A DNA stretch of 64,000 nucleotides, taken from an uncultured delta proteobacterium (GTDB taxonomy: Bacteria > Myxococcota > Myxococcia > Myxococcales > Myxococcaceae). Shown in pieces: positions 51,626-64,000 of the stretch. How positions within the stretch are numbered: position 1 is the first letter of the stretch; every line of letters begins with the position of its first letter. A model generated the notes under the pieces. That model was not told the origin of the DNA, searched no databases, and worked only from the letters and a program-made list of their open reading frames with translations. Both the position numbers and the translations under genes were made by a program. The stretch covers positions 32,001 to 96,000 of the forward strand of contig CAVYSY010000030.1 in assembly GCA_963771175.1 (NCBI GenBank). The letters run 5' to 3'.

Positions 51626-54600
51626 GCGGGGGACTGCGAATCGACGTGCTGAAGGTGCACGGCTTCGGGCACTTCTCCGACTACGCGCTGGAGCTGAAGC
51701 CGGGCCTCAACCTGCTGTACGGGCCGAACGAGGCGGGCAAGAGCACGCTGCTCGCGTTCCTCCGGACAATGCTGTTCGGCTTCGAGAAGCGGGGCCGCTC
51801 GGAGTCGCGCTACGAGCCCGAGGCGGGGACCTTCGGGGGCGAGCTGTGCGTGAGCACGAGCGTGGGTCCGCTGGTGGTGCGCCGGGTGGTGGATCGCCGC
51901 GGGAAGGCGGCGGTGACGGTGCTCAGCCCGGAGGGGCACGAGCTGCCCTCGTCCCGGCTGGACGAGGCGCTGGCGCACGTCTCCCGGGACTTGTTCTGCG
52001 AAGTGTTCGCCTTCAGCCTGGAGGAGCTGTCCACCTTCGAGAAGCTGGCCGAGGAGGATGGCGTCTCCCGGGCGCTCTTCGCCGCCGGGCTGCAGGGCGC
52101 GCGCCGGCTGCCGGAGGTGGAGAAGCACCTGGAGAAGCGGGCCGGAGAGCTCTTCAAGGTGAGCGGAAGGAATCCCGAGCTCAACCAGGTCCTCAAGCAG
52201 TTGGAGGAGGTGAAGGCGCGGCTCCGCGAGCTGGAGGACCGTCCAGCGAAGTACTTCGAGGAGCGCGAGCGGCTGGCCTCGCTGGCACGGCAGCAGGAGG
52301 AGACGGCGGCGCTCCAGGAGACCCTCTCGCGCGAGCTGGGGCGGTTGTCCCGGTTGGAGGCCGCGCTCGGAGAGCTGGGAGAGCTGGCGCGGCTGCGGGC
52401 GGAGCTGGCCGCGCTGCCGGACCTGACGGCCTTCCCGGAGAGAGGGGAGGCGCGGCTGGAGGAGCTGCTCCCGCGACTGCGGGAGACCCGTGCCCAGCAG
52501 GCCCGTGTGGAGGAGCTGCTGTCCTCGGCCGAGCTGGAGCTGTCCCGGCTGTCCGGGGCCTCGGCCGTGCGCGAGCGGGAGGAGGGGTTGCGCTCGGCGC
52601 TGGCCGCGTTCACCGCGAGGGGCGAGCTCCTGCGTGCGCTCCCGGGCCGCCGAGCGGCGCTCGAGGCGAGGCGCCGGGAGGTGGAGCAGGCCCTCGGGGG
52701 GCTGGGGCTGGAGGTGGACGCGGCGGGCCTGCTGGCGCTGGAGCTGGGCGCGGCGGCGCGGGGCACCCTGGAGTCCCTGGCGGACCGGCTGGCGAGGGCG
52801 GAGACCGAGCGGCGCGACGCGGAGGGGGCGCTGGGGCGGGCACGTGGGACGCTGGAGCGCCTCGACACCGCCCTGACGCGTCTGGATGCGGAGCGGGCCC
52901 GGCTTCCCGCCGTGGCCGTCGCGGAGGTCCGCCGCCGACAGGCGGCACTGGGGCGCCTGCGTCCCCTGCGCGTGGAGCGGGAGCAGGTGGTGGCCCAGCG
53001 CGCCGAGCTGCGGCAGCGGCTCGAGGCCCTGCGGGCCCAGGTCGAGCCTCCGCTCGGCGCGGCACCGGCGCTCTGGCCGGTGGTGGTGGGCGTGGTGGGG
53101 GCGGTGGTGCTGGCCCTCGGCCTCGGGCTGTACGCGGGGGCCGGAGCGGGAGTCCTCGCGCTGGTGGGCGCGCTGCTGCTCGTCGGCCCGCTGGTGCTCG
53201 GCCACCGGAGCGCGGTGAGCAACCATCAGCGCAATGAGGAGGCCCACGCCGCGCGCCAGCGGCTGCACGCGCAGGAGGTGGCCCGGGTGCAATCGTCCCT
53301 GGACGTCCTCGCGGGGCGGGGGGCCGGGCTGGAGCGCGAGCTGGTGGCGGCGGCGAGCGAGGCGGGCATTCCTCCCGGGGCATCCGTGGCCGAGCTCGGC
53401 GCGCGGGAGGAGGCCATGGCCGAGCTGCTGCGGCAGGCGGAGCGCCTGGAGCACCTCGGCCGGGAGTGCGAGGCCCGTCTGTCGGAGCGGGACGCGGTGG
53501 CGCGCGAGGCCCACGCCGCCGAGGACGCGGGACACCGGGCCGAGGCCCAGGTGCGGGTGCTCCAGGCGGAGCTGTCCGCGCTGCTCGCCGCTCGGCGCTT
53601 CCCCGTGGAGCTCTCACCGCAGCGGGCGCTGGCGTTGTGGCGCGACGCGGCCGAGCAGCGGCAGCGGCTGGCGGATTTGAGGGCGGACGAGCGGGCCCTG
53701 GCCACGGACGAGGCCGCCTGTGACGTGGTTGTCTCCCGGCTGCACGAGGAGGCCCGGGGCGCGGGACTCGCGGAGGGGCCCGTGGAGTCGGTGGCCGCCG
53801 GGGTGGCCACGGCGCTGGAGGAGCTGAAGGCGCGGGACGCGGAGGCGCGGGCCCTCCGGGCGCGGAGGGACGATTGGCACGCGGACAGGGCCCAGCTCGC
53901 GCGTCTTCGCGAGTCCGAGGAGCAGGCCCTGGAGGCGCTGCTGGCCCAGGGCGGGAGCGACACCGAGGAGTCCTTCCGTCAGCGGGCCCGGCAGGCGGAG
54001 CACTTCACCGGGCTCACCCGCCGCGTGCACGAGCTGACCTGGCGCATCGAAGCCGCCGCGGGTCTGGACGAAGCGGCGGCACGGGAGGCCCTCCAGGCGT
54101 TGGGCGGCGAGGAGCGACTGAAGGAGAGACTCGGGCTGCTGCGCATGCAGGAGCCCGCCTGCGCCGAGCGCCTGAAGGCGCTGCACACCGAGTACGGCGC
54201 CGCGCGGAGCCAGCTCGCGCAGTGGGAGAACGACGAGGAACTGGCCACGCTGCGCATCCAGGAGGAGCGGCTGCGGGCGCGGGCCGCGGAGCTGGCCTGG
54301 CGCTATGCCACGGACAGGCTGGGGCTGGCGCTGCTGGCCCGGGCGCGGAGGCGCTTCGAGGAGGAGCAGCAGCCCCGGGTCATCCAGCTCGCCTCCGAGC
54401 ACTTCGCGGAGCTCACGGGCGGCCGGTACCGCCGCGTGTTCGTCCCGGCGGGAGGCAAGCGCGAGCTGCGGGTGAGCGACGCGCGGCGGGACTGGAGCGC
54501 GGAGCAGCTCTCGCGAGGCACCCGCGAGCAGCTCTACCTGGCGTTCCGGCTGGCGGTCATCCAGGACTTCGGGGAGACGCGCGGGGCGCTGCCGCTCATC

Positions 54601-54842
54601 GTGGACGACATCCTGGTGAACTTCGACCTGGAGCGGACTCGGGGCACGCTGCGGCTGCTGGCGCGGCTGTCCGAGCACCACCAGGTCATCGCCTTCACCT
54701 GCCACCCGTGGCTGCGCGAGCGCTTCGAGGCCGAGGGCGCGCGGGTGGTGGAAGTGGCGGGGTCCGCACGCGCGGAGGCCGCGAACTCCCGGGGACAGTC
54801 CTCGGGAGCCGCGGCCTCGGTGGAGCAATCAACCGCCCGTTC

Positions 54843-54846
<4 letters not shown>
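51622..54846 (+). CDS. YhaN-like SMC/Rad50-type coiled-coil ATPase
   Basis: GPNEAGKST, long coiled coil with a central hydrophobic hairpin, [33 protein letters not shown] coupling. Confidence 0.88.
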
Positions 54847-56129
<1,283 letters not shown>

Positions 56130-56196
56130 GTCGGCTCCTCTCGAGCTGGATACAGAAAGGTGTGGAAGGAACTTCGGGTTGCGGGGAAACGGCCGC

Positions 56197-57826
<1,630 letters not shown>

Positions 57827-57849
57827 GCAAATCTCCTTGGCGTGGTGCG

Positions 57850-57966
57850 TTGTAAAAGTCGCCAACGCGCCAGAATCTGTGTCTTCCCCGACGTGGAGGG
57901 AAGTGCGTGTGAACGAAAGTAGACGGTTTTGTAAGGCTGTCAACAGGGTCGGGATTAAATTTGTAA
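57850..57966. promoter_or_regulatory. AT-rich aceB/pspC divergent promoter region with repeated TTGTAA
   Basis: TTGTAA at 57850, 57929 and 57961. Confidence 0.5.
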
Positions 57967-58077
57967 ATTGACCGACTTGAAAACGGGGAAGAAGGGGGGG
58001 GCGCAATGGGGGAGCAACCTGGGTCGTAGGGCGGAATGAGGCCAGGGGAGCACGGGCCTCTTTCGAGGAGAGGTTCC

Positions 58078-58443
58078 ATGGACGAGACGAAGCGGTGCGT
58101 GGCGTGCAGGATGGACCTCCAGGCCGAGGCGACCCGCTGCCCGCACTGCCGCGAGCGGCAGCCGGGGGCGGAGCCGATGCACCGAGGAGGGCCAGAGCGG
58201 GTGCTGGGCGGGGTGTGCACGGCGCTGGCGCGGCAGCTCGGGTTGGACGTGGCGCTGGTGCGGGTGGCGTTCGTGGTGGCGCTGGCTGTGTCGGGCGGGA
58301 CGGCGCTGTTGGTGTACCTGCTGCTGTGGGTGCTCACGCCGGCGTCGGCGACGGGAAGGGCGCCCGTGCAGCGACTGGTGGACTGGCTGTCCAGGGTGAC
58401 GAACGCGGCGGAGGACGAGCCCCGCGTGGAGCGCCGGGTCTGA
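58078..58443 (+). CDS. PspC-domain protein with an N-terminal zinc ribbon
   Basis: [31 protein letters not shown]. Confidence 0.85.
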   Translation: MDETKRCVACRMDLQAEATRCPHCRERQPGAEPMHRGGPERVLGGVCTALARQLGLDVALVRVAFVVALAVSGGTALLVYLLLWVLTPASATGRAPVQRLVDWLSRVTNAAEDEPRVERRV

Positions 58444-58477
58444 AGCGGGTTCCCCCTCAGTAAGTTTGTAAAAGCAG

Positions 58478-58539
58478 CGCCCTCTCCCACCGGAGAGGGC
58501 GGTAGGCACGGTCATCCCGGAGTGGGCCCCGGGCTTTTT
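58478..58539 (+). terminator. Two hairpins followed by a T-run (intrinsic terminator or small RNA 3' end)
   Basis: CGCCCTCTCC-CACC-GGAGAGGGCG, then CCCGG...CCGGG-CTTTTT. Confidence 0.5.
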
Positions 58540-58551
58540 GATGCGTGTACG

Positions 58552-59034
58552 TCAGGGCAGCTTCGGCCAGATGGGGCGCGGCGCATCCGGGTTGACGTCG
58601 AGCAGGCGCACGCCATCCCCCTCCCGCACCGTGCCTCCGCGCAGCACCCTGGCGAGCTGCCCCCGCTGGCCCCAGGACTCCTTCAACAGGCCCGGGCGGA
58701 TGCGCTCGAGCTTCGAGCAGGGCACGCAGGGCTCGGTCAGCTCCACCACCACCTCCGTGCCCAGCGCCAGGCGCTGCCCCGCCGGGAGGGACTCCAGCGG
58801 CAGTCCGGAGATGACCACGTTCTCCTTCAGCGCTCCCACCCCGAGCCGCAGCGAGGCATGGGAAGCCTCATCCAGCAGCAGGAGCTGCCGCTTGCCATTC
58901 GGCTTCTTCTTCCCGTGGCGGTCGCCCACGAAGCCTCGGCCTTCGAGGGCCTGGGCCTCGGGGACGCGCTTCATGGGCGTTCCCCGCTCCTGGGCGAGCA
59001 GGAGTGCGCGGATGGTGCCGGTGGGAGTGTCCAC
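58552..59034 (-). CDS. MOSC domain protein
   Basis: [39 protein letters not shown]. Confidence 0.85.
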   Translation of the reverse strand: MDTPTGTIRALLLAQERGTPMKRVPEAQALEGRGFVGDRHGKKKPNGKRQLLLLDEASHASLRLGVGALKENVVISGLPLESLPAGQRLALGTEVVVELTEPCVPCSKLERIRPGLLKESWGQRGQLARVLRGGTVREGDGVRLLDVNPDAPRPIWPKLP

Positions 59035-59141
59035 TTCCGGAATCCTGTCCCCGGACTCCTCCCACCGCAAGACGCATGCGGGGAGCGCTCGGCACGCGGG
59101 AGTCGGGCCCGTGCTATCGCCCCCGTCGAGGAGGCAGCCAC

Positions 59142-60540
59142 GTGAGCAACCAGAACGTTCGCATCGAGAAGGACACGTTCGGTCCCATCGAGGTCCCGGC
59201 CGAGCGCCTGTGGGGCGCGCAGACGCAGCGCAGCCGTCAGAACTTCGCCATCTCCACCGAGCGCATGCCGCTTGGCCCTCATCCGCGCCCTGGTGCTGGT
59301 GAAGAAGGCGGCGGCCCTCGCCAACATGGAGAACGGCACGCTGCCCAGGGACAAGGGCGAGGCCATCGTGAAGGCCGCCAACGAGGTGCTCGATGGCCAG
59401 CACGACGAGGAGTTCCCCCTCCTGGTGTGGCAGACGGGCAGCGGCACGCAGACGAACATGAACGTCAACGAGGTGCTGGCCAACCGGGCCTCGGAGCTGC
59501 TGGGCGGCGAGCGCGGCGAGCGCCGGAAGGTGCACCCCAACGACGACGTCAACAAGGGGCAGAGCTCCAACGACGTCTTCCCCACCGCCATGAGCGTGGC
59601 CGCGGCGGAGGCCGTGGTGCGCAACGTGCTCCCCGAGCTGCAGGCGCTGCGCGACGTGCTCGCGGAGAGGGCGGCGAAGTTCCGGGACATCGTGAAGGTG
59701 GGCCGCACGCACTTGCAGGACGCCACCCCGTTGACGCTGGGCCAGGAGTTCAGCGGCTACGTGGCGCAGCTCGAGCATGCGCGCAAGCACCTCGAGCTCA
59801 CCCTGCCGCACCTGTCCGAGCTGGCGCTCGGGGGCACCGCGGTGGGCACCGGCCTCAACGCGCCCAAGGGCTTCGCCGAGCGCGTGGCGCAGGAGCTCGC
59901 CCGCCTCACGGGCCACCCCTTCGTCACCGCGCCCAACAAGTTCGAGGCGCTCGCGGCCAACGACGCGCTGGTGCAGGCCCACGGCGCGCTCAAGGGCCTG
60001 GCCGCCGCGCTCTTCAAGATGGCCAATGACGTGCGCTGGCTGGCCTCGGGGCCGCGCTCGGGCATCGGTGAAATCACCATTCCCGAGAACGAGCCGGGCA
60101 GCTCCATCATGCCGGGCAAGGTGAACCCCACGCAGTCCGAGGCCATGACCATGCTGTGCGCGCAGGTGATGGGCAACGACGTGGCCATCTCCCTGGGCGG
60201 TGCCTCCGGCAACTTCGAGCTGAACGTCTTCAAGCCGCTGCTCATCCACAACTTCCTGCAGAGCTGCCGGCTGCTGGCGGACGGCATGCGCAGCTTCCGG
60301 CTCCACTGCGCGGTGGGGATCGAGCCGAACCTGCCGCGCCTGAAGGAGAACCTGGAGCGCTCGCTGATGCTCGTCACCGCGCTCAACCCGCACATCGGCT
60401 ACGACAACGCGGCCAGAATCGCCAAGAAGGCGCACAAGGAGGGCAAGACGCTCAAGGAGGTCGCGGTGGAGCTGGGCCTGCTCACCCCCGAGCAGTTCGA
60501 CCAGTGGGTGCGCCCGGAGAAGATGATCGGCAACCTGTAG
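59142..60540 (+). CDS. fumC: Class II fumarate hydratase (frameshift near 59270)
   Basis: [44 protein letters not shown]. Confidence 0.96.
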
Positions 60541-60591
60541 GGCCGAGTGGGAAATGGCCGAGCGCGAGGAGTGGGGGTATGGCTCCTCGCC

Positions 60592-60759
60592 ATGGATGCG
60601 AAGCCTCCCCCGACTCCTCCAGCTCCACCTCCCGGGCAGAGCAGCCCCGAGGTGGTGATGCGGACGTGCCCCAACTGCGGGGCCCAGCTCGAGGAGCGCA
60701 AGTGCAAGCTCCTCTGCACGCGCTGCGGCTACTACATGAGCTGCGCGGACTACTACTGA
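60592..60759 (+). CDS. Small zinc-ribbon protein
   Basis: [27 protein letters not shown] upstream. Confidence 0.7.
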   Translation: MDAKPPPTPPAPPPGQSSPEVVMRTCPNCGAQLEERKCKLLCTRCGYYMSCADYY

Positions 60760-60781
60760 GCCAGTCCGCGCCCGCTCACCG

Positions 60782-63104
60782 TCACGGGGGCGCGAGCTGC
60801 TTGAGGATGTTCACCGTGTCCACCGCGGCGGTGGACGGCGCGAGCGCCGTGTCCGCGATGCCGGACACCACGCGGGTGATGTTGTGGTCCACCACGCCCT
60901 CCTGGGCCCAGGTGTCCACCGTGGGGGCGGTGATGTAGACGGAGAAGGCGTGGTGGCCCGAGCCGGGCCGCTCGCCGATGACGTGCAGGATGGCCCGGCG
61001 CGAGTCCTTCTGCGGCAGCGAGCCGTACAGCATCTCGCCGATGCGGTAGCCGGCGCGCACCCGCCCCGACGTCACCACGACGGGCTCGGGTGCCACCTTG
61101 TAGCCCGCGGCCGTCAGCTCCGCCTGCAGCCGCTCCAGGTACGGCTCGAGGTGCCCATCGTCCGTGATCGCGAGGGCGTTGAGCCCGTCCGAGATGACGA
61201 TCTGCACGTCGTAGTGGCCCGCCTGCGCGTCCCGCAGCGTCTCGCAGCGACTCCAGCGCCGTCTCGGCGAGCTGCTCGCCCGAGGGCGGGTGGAGGATGT
61301 AGTCCGTGCGGTCCTTGGAGCCGGTGGCCACGGTCACCGCGCTGCGGGCAGCGCGGCTGGTGAAGGTCGGGGGCAGCTCGGCCCAGATGCACTGCTTCGC
61401 GTCGTCGTAGAGGGAGCGGATCTCGCCGGTCCAGCTCGGGTTCAGGTCCCACGCCTGGGTGCCGTGGCCCTCGGCCAGCCAGACGCCGCGCTCGCGCACC
61501 TCCGCCATCTGCGCCTGCCCTCGGCGAGGATCTCCGCGTCCGGGCGCGTGTCGCCCTTGCGCCGCCGGTACTGCAGGTACACCCAGGTCGGGTCACCGAA
61601 GTGCTCGGTGGGGCGGCCCGCGCGCGTCGATGACGCCGAGCTCCTGGAAGAAGGCCCACATCCGGTCGTCCACCTTGTAGCCGAACTTCTCGCGGATGCG
61701 CACGTGGTCCTGGAACGCCGGTGGTCAGGTAGCTGAGCATCGGGTCGTTCTTGGTCGGCAGCGCCATCAGGTAGGCGGGGTTGGCCGGCATGATCTGGTC
61801 CAGGCACCAGTCGAGGTCGTCGAGGTCGACCTCCATGTGCAGCGTCGAGCAGACGTCCAGGCCGATCATCAGCCCGTGCAGCTTGCCCATGACGATGTCC
61901 TCGAGGCAGCAGCGCACGAGCTGCTCGCGGGTGCGGAACACCTCGGGGCCGATGAAGCCGGCCACGTCGTTGAGGTGGACCCAGGGCGCGGCGGCGCGGC
62001 CGGCCCCGAGCTGCGGCCTCGGCCACGCGCTGCTTGAGCACGCGCGCGAAGCCGTACTTGCGCGACTCGTGCATCACCATGTCGAAGCCCTCGCCGTGAC
62101 CGTTGGTGCCGTCGGCGCCCTGGCCGGTCTCGAAGTAGAGGCCGTACTTGCCGGTGCGCTGCGCCGCGTGGGCCAGCATCTTGGGAATGGTGACGTCGAA
62201 CGTCGCGTTGGCGGCCTCGGTGCCGCCGAGGCTCTGGAACCAGAGCGCCGGTGGTGCCGGGCTGCAGCTTCTCCACCTCGGCCTGGATGTCGATGTGGGA
62301 CAGCACGCAGTGGGGCATGACGTCGGTGAGCCCGAACGTATCCAGCACGTCCTTCAGTGCGTTCTCCACCGCGGCCACCGAGGACACCTCGCTGGAGACG
62401 GGGTTGGTGCCGAGCACCACGTCGCCGACGGCGTAGGACCAGCCGTCGAAGACCTGCCAGCGGATGTCGTCCGGGTGGTCGGTGGGCGAGTTGGGCTGGA
62501 TGCGCGCGCCCAGGTAGCCCTTGGCGCCCACCTTGCTGCCGGGCAGCGGGTTGAAGAGCTTGCCGCCCACGGCGATCAGCTCCTCGTTGCTCATCAGCTT
62601 CACCACGCAGGCGATGACGTCGCTGCCGAGCCCGGGCATGTGGGCCTTGATGGCCTCCTCCGGCTGGTCGAGCAGGAAGGCCTTGAGGTCGCCCAGCTTC
62701 CAGCCCTCGAGGTTGGCGGCCATCGCGGGGTCCACGCCCTGCTCGATGAGCGTGAAGAGACCATCCTCGAAGAGCGGATGGGCGCGCAGCTCGCCGATGC
62801 GGGTGTGGTGCAGCAGGAGGCGGGCGTTGGCGCGCGAGGCGTCGTCCGCGGCGGCCAGGCCAGCGGCCTCATCGCCCTCCTTGTACGCGTTGGCCGCGCC
62901 GATGATCTGCCGGTAGAGGGTCTGGTCGAAGCCGCCCCGGGTGCGCTCGATGTAGCGGAAGACGCTCTCCCCCTCCTTCACCGAGGGGATGTACACGCCC
63001 GGCGGGGGTGGAGTCGTCGCGGGTGGCTTATCCTTCTTGCACCCGCTGAGGGCCAGCGCGGAGGCCCCGAGCATCAGCGAGGTCATGAACGTCCGGCGGC
63101 GCAT
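60782..63104 (-). CDS. eutB: Fused ethanolamine ammonia-lyase EutB-EutC with a Tat signal and lipobox (several frameshifts)
   Basis: MRRRTFM..ALSGC; EutB motifs RIQPNSPTD, GDVVLGTNP, CVLSH, YFETGQG, GFIGPE, GKLHGL..GLDVC, DPMLSY; EutC motifs DRTDYILHP..G, QIVISDGL, GRVRAG..IGE, IGERPG. Confidence 0.82.
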
Positions 63105-63296
63105 CTCCACCGGAATCCAGCGCTGGCGCGTGGGTGGAGGAACAGGGCCTCGTGGCATGACACGACGTGGCCGGACCCGATGCATCGTCTTCATGATGGC
63201 TCCCCTCGACGAATGGACTGGGAATTCTACGAGGAGCCCTGACACGACAAGCAAAACGGCTCTGTCCATTGATGGACAGAGCCGTGACCCCCGCGC

Positions 63297-64000
63297 CTAG
63301 TAGTAGCCGCAGGTATCCATCATCTGGCCACCGTTGCTGTCCGGCGTGCCGTCCAGGGACCAGTTGATGCTCACGCTGGCGCTGCCGAGGTTCGAAACGG
63401 AGCCAGAGGCATCCGCCGTGAAGGCGTACTTGTGGGTGCACTTGCTCTCGGCGATCCACTTGCCGGTGCCGCCGGTGGTGCCATAGCCGAAATCGTTGTC
63501 GCAATCACAGCTCCAGCCCAGGAAGCCCTGGCAGCTCGAGGCATAGCTGTAGCCGTACGGAGACGGCGCGCAGCTCGTGCTGCAGCGGATGCCGGACTGC
63601 TGCGCACCCATGACCTTGCGGACCAGCACGCCACCAAAGACATTCTTGTACTCGATGGTGTAGCCGTACCAGGTCCTGGACTTGTTGGTGGTGCTGGGGC
63701 TGCTCGCCAGACCGCAAACGGCGGTGGTGCCCATCTCACCGCTCGGCGCGGCGGCTCCCGGCTCCTCGACATCCTTGGGGCCCCAACCCTGGGCGGCCAG
63801 GCGCATCCGGTTCTGCGTCATGGACTCCATGAACATCACCGTGGGATCCAGCACCGTGCAGTAATTGGCGGAGGCCCAGCAGAACTCGAGGGCCTCGTGC
63901 TGCTTCGTCTCGGAACCGATGGTGGCGGAGACCGCCAGCTTCCGGTAGACGCCCTGGTTGACGGGACGGCTCGCCACCGTCTCGAAACCCATCGCGGTGT
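63297..64000 (-). CDS. Cys-rich hypothetical protein, probably secreted (partial, start beyond the window)
   Basis: Open frame to the window edge; Cys/Gly/Ser/Thr-rich. Confidence 0.6.
   Translation of the reverse strand, partial: TAMGFETVASRPVNQGVYRKLAVSATIGSETKQHEALEFCWASANYCTVLDPTVMFMESMTQNRMRLAAQGWGPKDVEEPGAAAPSGEMGTTAVCGLASSPSTTNKSRTWYGYTIEYKNVFGGVLVRKVMGAQQSGIRCSTSCAPSPYGYSYASSCQGFLGWSCDCDNDFGYGTTGGTGKWIAESKCTHKYAFTADASGSVSNLGSASVSINWSLDGTPDSNGGQMMDTCGYY

Overview
High-GC (about 70% by eye) myxobacterial chromosome segment. The taxonomy is inferred from MYXO-CTERM-like and Cys-rich lipoproteins, sigma-54 systems and gene content. There are about 49 genes; I found no rRNA, tRNA, CRISPR array or recognisable transposase. 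Many conserved genes carry single-base frameshifts, mostly +1 insertions, which look like sequencing errors. Main content: a VWA/BatA-type locus interrupted by an antisense, translationally coupled cassette (Fe(II)/2OG-type oxygenase, A-PCP-R NRPS-like enzyme, NadR-like enzyme); an S8 protease; a P450; mgtE; a sigma-54 two-component system with back-to-back sigma-54 promoters around a shared tandem palindrome; an octaheme cytochrome c; tamAB; malQ; an ECF sigma/anti-sigma/RlmN-like operon; a chemoreceptor fused to an SBP family 5 domain; astA; DNA-processing genes; aceBA; fumC; and a fused EutB-EutC ethanolamine ammonia-lyase with a Tat signal and lipobox. The best candidates for new biology are the oxygenase-NRPS-NadR cassette, the exported EutBC fusion and the MCP-SBP fusion. 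All calls come from manual motif recognition; no database searches were run.
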